From the IMG/VR virus record IMGVR_UViG_3300011335_000900, positions 65,106-129,105 of that record: a DNA stretch of 64,000 nt; one strand, written 5' to 3'. Both the position numbers and the translations under genes were made by a program. Position 1 is the first letter of the stretch. The number at the start of each line of letters is the position of its first letter. This stretch comes from a virus. A model generated the notes under the pieces. The model saw only the letters and a program-made list of their open reading frames with translations. It was not told the DNA's origin and ran no database searches. Positions 38,655 through 49,395 of the stretch are shown here, piece after piece.

Positions 38655-39563
38655 ATGAAAGAAAATACGTTATATGTAGAACGTTTTCGCCCTACCGAAC
38701 TGAAATACTATGTTGGTAACGAAAATGTAAAAGACACAATACAAAAATACCTTGATCAAGGTGATATCCAAAACTTTATCTTTTATGGCCCCGCAGGTAC
38801 AGGTAAAACTACCCTAGCAAAAATTATCGTTAAAAATCTAGATTGCGATTACCTTTACATAAACGCATCAGATGAAAACGGAATTGACACTATTCGAGAG
38901 AAAGTAAAGGGATTTGCTAGTTCTGCCTCTTGGAAAGGTATTAAAGTAGTAATCCTAGACGAAGCAGATTTCATTACAATTCAGGGACAAGCGGCTTTAC
39001 GAAACGTAATTGAGACATTCTCTCGCTCAACACGATTTATATTAACCTGTAATTTTATTGAGCGAATCATTGACCCACTCCAATCACGTTGCCAGGTACT
39101 TAAAATTGTACCTCCATCTAAAACAGATGTATACAACCATTTAGATTGGATATTAAAGGATCAACTATCTATTTCATGTAAACCTGAAGATTTAAAATCT
39201 CTTATAGTACAGTACTACCCTGACATGAGAAAAATGTTGAATGTACTTCAAATGTCTGTAAAAGATGACTGTATTGAACTAGATAAAACAGTTTTAACCT
39301 CAAACAACTATATTAAAGAGGTATTAAAGGAATTGATGGGAAGTAAAAAATGGCTTACCATTAGACAAATTATTGCAGATTCAAACGTTAAGGACTTTGA
39401 AGAATTGTATCGTAATTTATTTGAATACAGTTCAAAATATGCCCCTGGAAAAGAAGGCTCCGTTGCAATCATATTAAACGAACATTTGTATCAAGCAAAT
39501 TTTCGAATAGATAAAGAAATAAATGTAATGTCGGCTTTAGCCAAAATTATAGAAACAATATAA
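38655..39563 (+). CDS. Clamp loader large subunit (RFC/T4 gp44-like AAA+)
   Basis: ERFRP, GPAGTGKTT, INASDENG, ILDEAD, PLQSRC. Confidence 0.95.
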   Translation: MKENTLYVERFRPTELKYYVGNENVKDTIQKYLDQGDIQNFIFYGPAGTGKTTLAKIIVKNLDCDYLYINASDENGIDTIREKVKGFASSASWKGIKVVILDEADFITIQGQAALRNVIETFSRSTRFILTCNFIERIIDPLQSRCQVLKIVPPSKTDVYNHLDWILKDQLSISCKPEDLKSLIVQYYPDMRKMLNVLQMSVKDDCIELDKTVLTSNNYIKEVLKELMGSKKWLTIRQIIADSNVKDFEELYRNLFEYSSKYAPGKEGSVAIILNEHLYQANFRIDKEINVMSALAKIIETI

Positions 39564-39580
39564 ACCAAAATAAAAATCAA

Positions 39581-39838
39581 ATGAAAACACAATCAAAAAC
39601 ACCCCCACAAATGAGTATTGACTTTAACAATACAACATCAGTTGATGGATTTAATGGGGAAAAATTATTCGGACAAGCATTTGTAATCCGTAGAGTATCT
39701 AAATTTATTGCAGGAACAGATGAAGATCAACTTATCCCAATTACTGTATTTTACGATTTAGAATCAAAGAAAATACTTCCAGATTCGTTACCTTCAGAAT
39801 TAAAAGAAGAATATAAAGATATTACATTAAGTGTCTAA
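39581..39838 (+). CDS. Hypothetical protein
   Basis: 85-aa ORF. Confidence 0.7.
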   Translation: MKTQSKTPPQMSIDFNNTTSVDGFNGEKLFGQAFVIRRVSKFIAGTDEDQLIPITVFYDLESKKILPDSLPSELKEEYKDITLSV

Positions 39839-39889
39839 AAATTATGCATAGATTTGTATCCCTCCAATATGTATAATAAACGAAGTGAT

Positions 39890-40492
39890 ATGAAAATATG
39901 TAATAATTGTAAAATTGAAAAACCTTTAGAAGAATATTTGAGTTCAAATCATGGTACCTGTAAAGTTTGCAATCGAGAAAAAACTCGAGAACGCAACAAA
40001 AAAAGGTACCATGAAGATCCCATCCATAGACAAGAACAATTAACCAGAACCAAAAAATATATTAAAGAAACAGGATACTGGGCTAAATGGAGGGAAAATA
40101 ATAGAGATAAAATAAAGGAAACTAATGTAAAAAATAGAGAATATAAACGTCAATGGGCTCAAAATCAAAGGCAAAATAATATTCAATATCGACTCAAAGA
40201 AAATATTCGAAGTAGAATTAATTTAGCCTTAAAAAATAAAAGCAACTCTAGTGAAGAACTTTTAGGTTGCCCTATTGAAGAATATGTTGTATATTTAGAA
40301 CAACAATTTGATAGTAAAATGAATTGGGGGAATTATGGAAAAAATAAATATTGGGAGATTGACCATACTAAACCTATCTCAACATTTGATTTATCCAATG
40401 AGGAAGAAGTTAAAAAATGTTTTAATTACTTAAACACAAAACCACTATCTGTAAATGAAAACAGGAAAAAAGGAAATAAAGAATATATTTGA
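39890..40492 (+). mobile_element. Free-standing HNH homing endonuclease (related to 22713)
   Basis: CxxC..CxxC; MNWGNYG...WEIDH..P...N..PL...N..KG. Confidence 0.85.
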
Positions 40493-40892
40493 ATGGTTAA
40501 ACGAAATTACTTTCTACAAGACACCAACCGAAGATATCTCAGATGATTCTTGGAATTGTTGGAATTCTTGGTTAGCACATAAATACGTATCAATGGATAT
40601 ACGCTACATTGAATTGGCAAACTATATTCAAACAATACCATACGATAACAAACACCAACTATACCAAATTTATCGAGAAATGATCCCTAAATCTAAAGTG
40701 TTTTTGAAATATCTCAAGTCAAAAACAAAGAAAAAATCTGCTACATTAATAGAATATGTAGCAAAATATTTTGAATGCAGTTTAGGGGAAGCAGAAGAAT
40801 ATATTGACATATTACGTGACCATGGTACCAGAAAGGTACTTTACGATATGGGAATGGATGAAAAAGAAGTAGAAAAATTATTGAAAAAATGA
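40455..40892 (+). CDS. Clamp loader small subunit (T4 gp62-like)
   Basis: IFEWLNEI, IPK..FLKY, VAKYFECS..EA.EY. Confidence 0.7.
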   Translation: MKTGKKEIKNIFEWLNEITFYKTPTEDISDDSWNCWNSWLAHKYVSMDIRYIELANYIQTIPYDNKHQLYQIYREMIPKSKVFLKYLKSKTKKKSATLIEYVAKYFECSLGEAEEYIDILRDHGTRKVLYDMGMDEKEVEKLLKK

Positions 40893-41107
40893 ATAGAGAA
40901 ATTAAGGTTACAGACTCAATTGTAGACTCCATTATAGACAAATTTGTTGATAGAGCCACCATTGGAAAACAAAAGTATGGAACAGATTTAGATCGTAACG
41001 ATTTAGAACTAGAAGAATGGCTAGAACATAGCATCCAAGAAAAAATGGATGACATACTATATATTCAGAAAGCTTTAATAGTATTGCGCGAAGCAAAAAC
41101 CTCATAA
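40889..41107 (+). CDS. Small all-alpha NTP pyrophosphatase-like protein
   Basis: R...G..KYGT.LDR.DL...WL.H..EE.MD..LY pattern. Confidence 0.6.
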   Translation: MNREIKVTDSIVDSIIDKFVDRATIGKQKYGTDLDRNDLELEEWLEHSIQEKMDDILYIQKALIVLREAKTS

Positions 41108-41129
41108 TATTTATAATAAAATATATAAA

Positions 41130-41642
41130 ATGGAAAAAGACACATTACGTATGCAATTCCTTTCAGGTGTTATCACAGAAAGTGAATATAAAGCTATTAT
41201 CAATAAAGAAATTGAGGATACTAAAAAAGATTCACTTAACGAATCCATGATCGGAGGAATTGTAGGAATTGGAGCAATTAACCAAATCCCACCACGTGCT
41301 AAAGCAGATTATGAAACAGCGTTTGAACATTTCTTAGGTGAAAAATATGGTTTAAATGAAGTTGAAATAGAAGAAGTAAAAATAGAAGAAGGAGCATTTG
41401 GTGACTTGTTAAGTAGAATGGAAAACAATACTAGAATGGCAGCTGATATTCTTACTGTTATTACTTTAGCAAAAGAAGATAAAGAAGGTAATGCTGAAAA
41501 AGCTGTTGAATTATTAATGAAAAATCACGACTTATCTGAAGAAGCAGCACTTGAAGCTGTTACTCGTATCTTTAAAAAAGCTTTTGAATGGGTAGATTCA
41601 ATGGAAGAAGGTAAAGAAGTAGAAGAACCAACCAACTACTAA
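41130..41642 (+). CDS. Acidic late protein with RMQFLSGVITE tag
   Basis: After TATTTATAATAAA; several LNE/IEE sites. Confidence 0.75.
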   Translation: MEKDTLRMQFLSGVITESEYKAIINKEIEDTKKDSLNESMIGGIVGIGAINQIPPRAKADYETAFEHFLGEKYGLNEVEIEEVKIEEGAFGDLLSRMENNTRMAADILTVITLAKEDKEGNAEKAVELLMKNHDLSEEAALEAVTRIFKKAFEWVDSMEEGKEVEEPTNY

Positions 41643-41643
41643 T

Positions 41644-41877
41644 ATGAACCCAAGAGATATAATTACAGTAGACGTTCCTCTATTTATTCGTTTACTCGAA
41701 TACGCTAGAGAAGATGCTCAAACAGACATGGATTTACATGATCTAACAGAAAACATTATATCATTGGCTGCTTCAGGTAAAACATTATCCATGGAAGATT
41801 ACAGTACAATAATTGGATCCCAAGAAGATATTAATGAACGTAGAATGCTTCAAGTAAGAGCAGGAATTATTAAATAA
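41644..41877 (+). CDS. Small conserved phage protein with C-terminal RMLQVRAGII
   Basis: DVPLFIRLLEYAREDA..DMDLH. Confidence 0.75.
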   Translation: MNPRDIITVDVPLFIRLLEYAREDAQTDMDLHDLTENIISLAASGKTLSMEDYSTIIGSQEDINERRMLQVRAGIIK

Positions 41878-41903
41878 AAATTAAACTAAATTAAATAAAA
41901 ATT

Positions 41904-42596
41904 ATGAAAAAATTGTTATTATTATTTGTTACCGCAACTATGTTATTTAGTTGTAATACAAACACAAAAACTGAAACAACAGAAGATATTAAATTTAATA
42001 AAATTGTAAAGATACATGATGGATCTTTTGCTTTTTGTGGAGCATCGGCTGCCCTCCCTACAGGAAAAAAGATTGTAGTACAAGGAGTTGTATATGATGA
42101 AGGATGTGCAATATGTCCCGTATTATCAGGTCCATCTCTTTCTAACTTAGCGATGAAAGGTGTTAGTGGAACATACGGAAAATTCAATGTGAATGACAAC
42201 TTCCAAAGCCCTGATGGTACAACTAATACTGTGTGGTCTTTATTTTGGTATTACGATACAACAACAACAATTCCACAATTTAACCCTTCAACTAAAGAAT
42301 GGGAATTGATGACACCATTTAATAGATCATTTGTAATTAATTTAGATTCCCCAAGTACAAGCGAGAGCAATATGTTTGCAATGCCAGGAATTGTTTTTGA
42401 CACAACATCTACAGGTATTATATTGGCGAAAGTTTATGGCCCACTTAATGAAGCTGCAGTTCCATTACGTAAAGCAATACCTGTTGAAAATGGTATGACT
42501 TCGGTAACAGCAGCCAAAATAGGCTTCCCTTACCCTGTTGGAACACCACTTCCAGTTGCTGAATATAGTAAGGAACTTCAGAAAAAGAAACACTAA
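41904..42596 (+). CDS. Lipoprotein, Cys-containing
   Basis: Signal peptide II MKKLLLLFVTATMLFS-C. Confidence 0.8.
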   Translation: MKKLLLLFVTATMLFSCNTNTKTETTEDIKFNKIVKIHDGSFAFCGASAALPTGKKIVVQGVVYDEGCAICPVLSGPSLSNLAMKGVSGTYGKFNVNDNFQSPDGTTNTVWSLFWYYDTTTTIPQFNPSTKEWELMTPFNRSFVINLDSPSTSESNMFAMPGIVFDTTSTGIILAKVYGPLNEAAVPLRKAIPVENGMTSVTAAKIGFPYPVGTPLPVAEYSKELQKKKH

Positions 42597-42611
42597 ATAA
42601 AAATTAAACCC

Positions 42612-42676
42612 ACGGCTTAGGACCGTATAGCTACGGCTATAAAAATTATCCTAGTATCGCTACAGGGATATTTTTA
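42612..42676 (+). ncRNA. Candidate small structured RNA element (three hairpins)
   Basis: ACGG/CCGT; TATAGC-TACG-GCTATA (cUACGg loop); TATCC..GGATA. Confidence 0.4.
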
Positions 42677-42689
42677 AAAACTAAAAGAA

Positions 42690-42723
42690 AGCTTGCCTAT
42701 GGCAGGCTTTTTTTGTATCTTTG
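42690..42723 (+). terminator. Combined terminator and promoter with perfect TAnnTTTG
   Basis: AGCTTGCC-tat-GGCAGGCT, T-tract, GTATCTTTG. Confidence 0.8.
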
Positions 42724-42727
42724 TGTA

Positions 42728-43663
42728 ATGAAAAAGAAGTTACCTTTACTATTAAAAGAAATTAAGAGTAAACAATTACCAACAATTGATTACGCAACAC
42801 AAAAATCAATTTCATATTCACAATTATCCATGTTCAATGAGTGCCCTAAAAAATGGTCACTCCAATACAAAGAAGGATATAAACAATTTACTTCCTCCAT
42901 CCATACTGTTTTTGGAACAGCATTACACGAAGTACTCCAATCATATTTAACTACAATGTATGGAAAAAGCGGAGCAGAAGCAGATAAACTAAACACATAC
43001 GAAATGCTCGAAGATGCATTACGTGAAGAATATAAAAAGCAATATAAATCAAACAATAATCAACACTTTACCTCCCCTGAAGAACTTAGGGAATTTTTTG
43101 AAGACGGGGTAGAAATCATAAGAGAATTTGCTAAAAACAGAAACAAATATTTTTCTAAACGCGGTTGGCATTTAGTAGGATGTGAGTTACCTCTTATACT
43201 CCACCCCTCTCCAAAACTATACAATGTAATGTTTCAAGGTTATCTTGATATTGTAATGTATCATGAGCCAACAAACACAATCAAAATTATAGACATTAAA
43301 ACCAGTAAGCAAGGTTGGAGCAAGAAAGAAAAATCAGACGAAAATAAACAATTTCAACTTATACTATATAAAAAATATTTCTCTGAAACCTACAATCTAC
43401 CATTAGAGAATATAGAAATAGAGTTCATGATCGTAAAACGTAAACCATTTGAAAGCGATAAATTCGTAATCAAACGTGTACAACTATTTAAACCAGCATC
43501 AGGTAAAGTAAAATTAAATAAAGTATCCAAATCCATTGAGGAATTTATAGAACAAGCATTTGATCGAAATGGATATAAAGATGTTGAACATCAACCAACC
43601 CCTCATAAAAATTGTAATTGGTGCTCATTTCATAAGACTCACTTATGTTCTGCGACCTACTAA
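42728..43663 (+). CDS. PD-(D/E)XK Cas4/AddB-like exonuclease
   Basis: SYSQL...CP, FGTALHE, GYLD, IIDIKT, QL..Y, C-terminal CNWC...C. Confidence 0.9.
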   Translation: MKKKLPLLLKEIKSKQLPTIDYATQKSISYSQLSMFNECPKKWSLQYKEGYKQFTSSIHTVFGTALHEVLQSYLTTMYGKSGAEADKLNTYEMLEDALREEYKKQYKSNNNQHFTSPEELREFFEDGVEIIREFAKNRNKYFSKRGWHLVGCELPLILHPSPKLYNVMFQGYLDIVMYHEPTNTIKIIDIKTSKQGWSKKEKSDENKQFQLILYKKYFSETYNLPLENIEIEFMIVKRKPFESDKFVIKRVQLFKPASGKVKLNKVSKSIEEFIEQAFDRNGYKDVEHQPTPHKNCNWCSFHKTHLCSATY

Positions 43664-43707
43664 TATACTACCATATGTATATACAATAAACATAAAAAGT
43701 AAATACT

Positions 43708-43905
43708 ATGAGTGAAAAAAACCAACAATTAACAAGTGTCAAATTAGATAAAGATCTATTTGAGCAATTTAGAGTAGAATGCATTAAACGTAAATTTTCT
43801 TTCCAAAAACTATCGGAACGAGCAATTCACCTTTACTTAACAGATGATGAATTTAAAAGACAAATTCACAATCATAACGATTTAAGTTTGGAAGAACAAA
43901 ATTAA
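43708..43905 (+). CDS. Small ribbon-helix-helix-like DNA-binding protein
   Basis: LTSVKL beta strand followed by two helices. Confidence 0.6.
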   Translation: MSEKNQQLTSVKLDKDLFEQFRVECIKRKFSFQKLSERAIHLYLTDDEFKRQIHNHNDLSLEEQN

Positions 43906-43940
43906 GTTATTACATTTAAATAAAAACAAAATAAAGTTAT

Positions 43941-45380
43941 ATGAATTCAAGTTTTAATTATCTCCCTAAAAACGAGAGGAAAAAAATCATGCTAATTTGT
44001 GACGACATTAGAGTACACTCTGGAGTAGCAACTATAGCAAAAGAGCTAGTTTTAAATACAGCTCAACATTTTAATTGGGTAAATATTGCAGGTGCAATTA
44101 ACCATCCTGAAAAAGGAAAACGTTTTGACTTATCTCAAGACACAAACACCAACACAAAATTAACAGATGCTTCTGTTTTTCTGTACCCTGTAGATAACTA
44201 TGGAGATGCTGATCTGATCAGACACATGATTGAGGTTGAAAAACCAGATGCAATTATGTTAATTACTGATCCAAGATATTTTGAATGGCTATTTGCAATT
44301 GAAAACGAGATTAGAAAACACATGCCAATCATTTATTTAAACATTTGGGATGATTATCCAGCACCGCTATACAATAAAGCATTTTACGAATCGTGTGATG
44401 CATTGTTAGCTATTTCAAAGCAAACTAAATTAATTAATGAGCTTGTTTTAAATGAAAAAAGAGGTAAAAAAATAATTGAGTATGTTCCTCACGGTTTAAA
44501 CCACGATATGTACTATCCAATTGTAAAAGAGGATGAGTTAAAAGAATTAGAGACATTAAAGTCTACTATATTTGGTGGTAAAGAAAAAGATTTTGTTGTA
44601 TTTTTTAATTCAAGAAACATTAGAAGAAAACAAATTCCGGACACAATGCTTGCTTTTAAGATATTTTTAGATACTTTACCTAAAGAAAAAGCAGCTAAAT
44701 GTGCTCTATTAATGCATACAGAAATAGTAAGTGAACATGGAACAGACTTAAATGCAGTGCGTGAAATATTATTCAATGATTACCCAGATGCAATATATTT
44801 TTCCACAAATCCACTTTCACCACAACAATTAAACATGATGTATAATATTGCGGATGCACAAATTCTATTAACTTCAAATGAAGGATGGGGTTTATCATTA
44901 ACGGAAGCAATTTTAGCAGGAACTGTAATCATAGCTAATGTAACAGGTGGTATGCAAGATCAAATGGGATTTGAAGATGAATTTGGAAAATGGTATACAC
45001 CATCCCCTGAAGTACCTTCAAACCATACTGGAAGATATAAAAACCATGGCTGCTGGGCATTCCCAGTGTATCCAACAAGTCGCTCAATTCAAGGTTCACC
45101 TACAACACCATATATTTGGGATGATAGATGCACAGCAGAGGATGCAGCCTCTAGAATATCTGAAGTGTATGCTTTAGGTAGAACAATGAGAAAAGAACTT
45201 GGAGCTACAGGTAGACATTGGGCTGTAAATGATGTAGGTTTTACAGGAGAGGATATGGGAATTAAAGCAATAAACGCGATAGATAAATTATTTAACACGT
45301 GGACTCCGCGAGAAAAATATGAGTTAATCAATTGCAATGAAGTAAAAGAAAACACAATTAATCACAAATTTGTATATTAA
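43941..45380 (+). CDS. GT4-like glycosyltransferase
   Basis: SGVA, RNIRRK, SNEGWGLSLTEA, TGGMQDQ. Confidence 0.9.
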   Translation: MNSSFNYLPKNERKKIMLICDDIRVHSGVATIAKELVLNTAQHFNWVNIAGAINHPEKGKRFDLSQDTNTNTKLTDASVFLYPVDNYGDADLIRHMIEVEKPDAIMLITDPRYFEWLFAIENEIRKHMPIIYLNIWDDYPAPLYNKAFYESCDALLAISKQTKLINELVLNEKRGKKIIEYVPHGLNHDMYYPIVKEDELKELETLKSTIFGGKEKDFVVFFNSRNIRRKQIPDTMLAFKIFLDTLPKEKAAKCALLMHTEIVSEHGTDLNAVREILFNDYPDAIYFSTNPLSPQQLNMMYNIADAQILLTSNEGWGLSLTEAILAGTVIIANVTGGMQDQMGFEDEFGKWYTPSPEVPSNHTGRYKNHGCWAFPVYPTSRSIQGSPTTPYIWDDRCTAEDAASRISEVYALGRTMRKELGATGRHWAVNDVGFTGEDMGIKAINAIDKLFNTWTPREKYELINCNEVKENTINHKFVY

Positions 45381-45389
45381 AATAAAGTT

Positions 45390-46700
45390 ATGAGTAAACC
45401 AACATTTTTAATTTCGTGCCCAATTGATACTTACAGTGGATATGGATCACGTTCACGAGATATCGTTAAAGCGATAATTGAATTAGATAAATATGAAGTA
45501 AAAATATTACCTCAAAGATGGGGACAAACCCCAAAAGGATTCATTCAAAACAATCCTGAATGGGAGTTTTTATCTAAACATATTTTAAACGTTCAACCAC
45601 CAAATCAACCTGAAATTTGGATGCAAATTACAGTTCCAAATGAATTTCAACCTGTTGGAAAATACAACATTGGATGTACCGCAGGAATTGAATCAACTGT
45701 TGCCCCTGGTGATTGGATTGAAGGTTGCAATCGTATGAACTTGATTTTAGGATCATCAAAACACACAATTGATGTATTAAAAAATAGTAAATGGGAGAAA
45801 CGAGATAAACAAACAAACCAATCTCAAGGAATGCTTGAGTGGAATGGAGAAAATGAAATTATATTTGAGGGTGCAAACACAGATGTGTACAAGCCAATAA
45901 AATCAACATTTGATTTATCTAATATTAAAGAGGAATTTGCTTATTTATTTGTAGGTCATTGGATGGAAGGTCAAATGGGAGAAGATAGAAAAAATGTAGG
46001 ATTGCTTATTAAAGCATTCTATGAAACATTTAAAAACAAATCTAAAAAACCTGCACTTATATTAAAAACATCAACTGTAGGTTCTTCTTATTTAGATAGA
46101 GATAGAATATTAAAAAGAGTTAAACAAATTAAAGATTCTTGTAAATCAAATAATTTACCTAATGTGTATTTACTACATGGTGAATTTTCGGATGAAGAAA
46201 TAAATGAAATCTATAATCATTCAAAAGTTAAAGCAATGGTTAATCTAACTAAAGGAGAAGGATTTGGTCGCCCGTTACTTGAATTTTCACTTGTAAACAA
46301 ACCAATAATTGCATCAAATTGGAGTGGACCTGTAGATTATTTAAACCCTGAATTTACAACACTACTCCAAGGCACAATGACTAAAATCCACCCATCAGCA
46401 GCAAATCATATGTTGCTAGCGGATGCAGAATGGTTTTCGGTAGATACAGGACACGTAGGACATTATTTAAAAGATGTATTTGAAAACTATAAAGGATATG
46501 CTGAAAATGCAAAGCGCCAAGGTTTCCAATCTCGCTCTAAATTTTCATATGAAGCTATGAAAGAAAAAATAGGTAAACTATTTGAAGAAAAAATCCCTGA
46601 ATTTCCAAAACAAATCCAATTAAAATTACCTCAATTAAAGAAAATTGAATTGCCAAAATTAAATAAAATAGAGTTACCAAAATTAAAACCAGTAGAATAA
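45390..46700 (+). CDS. GT4-like glycosyltransferase
   Basis: SGYG, DRKN, KGEGFGRPLLE. Confidence 0.9.
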   Translation: MSKPTFLISCPIDTYSGYGSRSRDIVKAIIELDKYEVKILPQRWGQTPKGFIQNNPEWEFLSKHILNVQPPNQPEIWMQITVPNEFQPVGKYNIGCTAGIESTVAPGDWIEGCNRMNLILGSSKHTIDVLKNSKWEKRDKQTNQSQGMLEWNGENEIIFEGANTDVYKPIKSTFDLSNIKEEFAYLFVGHWMEGQMGEDRKNVGLLIKAFYETFKNKSKKPALILKTSTVGSSYLDRDRILKRVKQIKDSCKSNNLPNVYLLHGEFSDEEINEIYNHSKVKAMVNLTKGEGFGRPLLEFSLVNKPIIASNWSGPVDYLNPEFTTLLQGTMTKIHPSAANHMLLADAEWFSVDTGHVGHYLKDVFENYKGYAENAKRQGFQSRSKFSYEAMKEKIGKLFEEKIPEFPKQIQLKLPQLKKIELPKLNKIELPKLKPVE

Positions 46701-47164
46701 TGCAAAAAGAAGAAATAGTTGACTGTCCTAAATCAGGAGGAAATTTATGTTACAAAATCCAAGTAACACCAGAAATACAAAATTTTCAAAGTTTATCATG
46801 TGGATTTTGGACTAATTCATTTATGAAAGAGGGACATGAATTTTATCAAACTCAAATAGAGACACTACCTGAATTGTATAAAGATTTAGCTTGGACTGAT
46901 CCTGAAACTGGTTTAATTTGGTTGCCACAAACACTAAATATTGCTGACAAAGGAATGGTATTTGCCAATGGCACAAATTCCCAAAATTGGGGATGGGCAG
47001 CTGTTAAAGCTATAAAAGTACCTAAAAAAGATAAAAAGAAATATCCAATCCCTGGTAAACCTGGAGAATTTATGGAATATAGAATGGATATGATAAACAT
47101 GAAAAAGTTTGAAGAGCGTGACTATATGGATGCTCTTTCGTATATTGGGATATTACCTGAATAA
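46700..47164 (+). CDS. Hypothetical protein
   Basis: 154-aa ORF. Confidence 0.75.
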   Translation: MQKEEIVDCPKSGGNLCYKIQVTPEIQNFQSLSCGFWTNSFMKEGHEFYQTQIETLPELYKDLAWTDPETGLIWLPQTLNIADKGMVFANGTNSQNWGWAAVKAIKVPKKDKKKYPIPGKPGEFMEYRMDMINMKKFEERDYMDALSYIGILPE

Positions 47165-47169
47165 AATAT

Positions 47170-47793
47170 ATGAGAATAAGTTATGCAATTACCGTTTGTA
47201 CTGAGTTTTTAGAGATCCAACGATTGATAAACTTTTTACTTAAACATAAACGAGCTCAAGATGATATTGTAGTATTATTTGATGAAGCAAATGGAGATAA
47301 AGAAATTGAAACCTACCTAAAATCTCATTCAGTTAATGGAGAATTTAGTTGGTATGCAGGAAAATTTGAAAAACATTTTGCAGATTGGAAAAACAAACTA
47401 ACTAGCTACTGTACTGGAGATTATATATTTCAGATAGATGCCGATGAGATACCAAACGAAAATCTAATAATAGCTTTACCTGAAGTAATAGAGGAAAATC
47501 CGGAAATGGATGTTTATTTAGTACCTAGAGTAAATACAGTGGATGGATTAACTCCCGAACATATTGCAAAATGGGGATGGAATGTAACCGAAACGGGATG
47601 GGTCAATTGGCCTGATTTTCAATGGAGGATTTGGAAAAATTTACCCGAAATTAAATGGATAAACAAAGTACATGAGCGTTTAGATGGATTTAAAACATAT
47701 ACAGCATTACCTGATGCAGAATATTTTGCTTTATATCACCCAAAAACAATAGAGAAACAAGAAAAACAAAATCAATTATATGACACATTATAA
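47170..47793 (+). CDS. GT2-like glycosyltransferase
   Basis: ISYAITV, FQIDADE, WPDFQWR, VHE. Confidence 0.88.
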   Translation: MRISYAITVCTEFLEIQRLINFLLKHKRAQDDIVVLFDEANGDKEIETYLKSHSVNGEFSWYAGKFEKHFADWKNKLTSYCTGDYIFQIDADEIPNENLIIALPEVIEENPEMDVYLVPRVNTVDGLTPEHIAKWGWNVTETGWVNWPDFQWRIWKNLPEIKWINKVHERLDGFKTYTALPDAEYFALYHPKTIEKQEKQNQLYDTL

Positions 47794-48526
47794 AAAATTA
47801 GTTAGTATTCTAATTCCAACCCGTAAAAGAGTTAAATTATTAAAAGAATGTCTAGATAGTTTAAATACTAAAACTCAAGATAAGTCATTAGTTGAAATCC
47901 TTTTAAAAATAGACACTGATGACCAAGAAACAATAAATTTTGTAACCCAATACAAACTAACCTCAGACATTGAAATAAAAGAATTAATTACAGATAGAAA
48001 AAATGGATATGGATCTTTAGATGAACATATGAATAATTTATCTTCCCTCTCAGAAGCTGAATTTTTTTTGGGTCTTAATGATGATGTAGAAATGTTAACT
48101 GAAGGATGGGAACAATTTTACATTCCATATAAAGGAAAGAATTTTTTGATAGCAATCCATATCATATCAATTAAAGATGGAGTTACCTATAAATGGTGGG
48201 AAGGTTATAATGCTTTCCCAACAATCCCTCATGATTTTCGTAAACATATGGGAGCTCTACAAGGTCACCCAATGTTAGATGATTGGTGGGAACATGTTAT
48301 GCGCCCTATAAGAAATCAAGGTTTAGATTTAAACAGATGGGTAGATATAACTATTTTAAATAAAAGACCTGATGGAGGTGAAATAACAAACACTCCCCTT
48401 GATCAAACATTTGAAGAAAGTAGACCTCATATTAATTGGAATCACCACGGATCTGCTGAAGTATTAGAATGGTCTAATAGGCTTATAGAATATATTAATG
48501 AAAATCCTAAAAAATTTATAGAATGA
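47780..48526 (+). CDS. GT2/GT-A glycosyltransferase
   Basis: SILIPTRKR, DTDD, LNDD. Confidence 0.82.
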   Translation: MTHYKKLVSILIPTRKRVKLLKECLDSLNTKTQDKSLVEILLKIDTDDQETINFVTQYKLTSDIEIKELITDRKNGYGSLDEHMNNLSSLSEAEFFLGLNDDVEMLTEGWEQFYIPYKGKNFLIAIHIISIKDGVTYKWWEGYNAFPTIPHDFRKHMGALQGHPMLDDWWEHVMRPIRNQGLDLNRWVDITILNKRPDGGEITNTPLDQTFEESRPHINWNHHGSAEVLEWSNRLIEYINENPKKFIE

Positions 48527-49395
48527 AAATTCTTTACGTCACCAACCATGTAGACATAGCTCATGCGAGTGGAGGATTTATTAGCGATTATCAAAATGAC
48601 TTAGTATTCTATGGTTTAAGAGAATTATTTGGTGATGATGTTGTTGACAGTACTCAAATAGTTTCCCTTTATAAAGAATATGAAGGTAAAATTCCATCCC
48701 AACATTTGTGGGGTGGAATGACTGCATTTTGGTTAATTGGAGATAACAATATTGATAGGACTAATATTGAAGAAAAAATTAAAGATAGATACTATGATTT
48801 GATTATATATGGAGCTATCAAACGATGTAAAAATTACTATGATTTAGTCTCCCAATATTACCCACCAAATAAAGTTATATTAATTGATGGTAATGATGAA
48901 TCCGATTTAGATTCTTTATACCATAAACATTTATATTTTAAACGTGAATTAGTAGAAGATCATAAAAATTTACTCCCTATTACATTTGGAATCCCAACTA
49001 GTAAACTAGCTATCCCACATACTAACAAAACACAAGAATATGCTACTTGCATCCCTGGGCAACCTGAAACATATATTTTTCAATCTGAGCAACCATACTA
49101 TAAAGACTACCAGAAATCATATTATGGAGTTACTACAAAAAAGGCAGGATGGGATTGCATGAGACATTATGAAATTTTAGGAAACTATTGTATTCCTTAT
49201 TTTGTTGGTCTAGAAGATTGCCCAAAAAATACTTTAGCTAATTTACCTAAGGAATTACTCTTAGAAGCTAAAGATTTAGCAGGAAATTTTGATGAGCAAA
49301 AATATTTTATTATATTAAATGAGTTATTTAATTATACTAAAAATAATTTAACAACTAAAAATTTAGCTAAGTATGTTATTGAAAGAGCTAATTAA
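48523..49395 (+). CDS. Glycosyltransferase-like protein
   Basis: LIDGND, YFKREL, KKAGWDCMRHYEI. Confidence 0.7.
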   Translation: MKILYVTNHVDIAHASGGFISDYQNDLVFYGLRELFGDDVVDSTQIVSLYKEYEGKIPSQHLWGGMTAFWLIGDNNIDRTNIEEKIKDRYYDLIIYGAIKRCKNYYDLVSQYYPPNKVILIDGNDESDLDSLYHKHLYFKRELVEDHKNLLPITFGIPTSKLAIPHTNKTQEYATCIPGQPETYIFQSEQPYYKDYQKSYYGVTTKKAGWDCMRHYEILGNYCIPYFVGLEDCPKNTLANLPKELLLEAKDLAGNFDEQKYFIILNELFNYTKNNLTTKNLAKYVIERAN

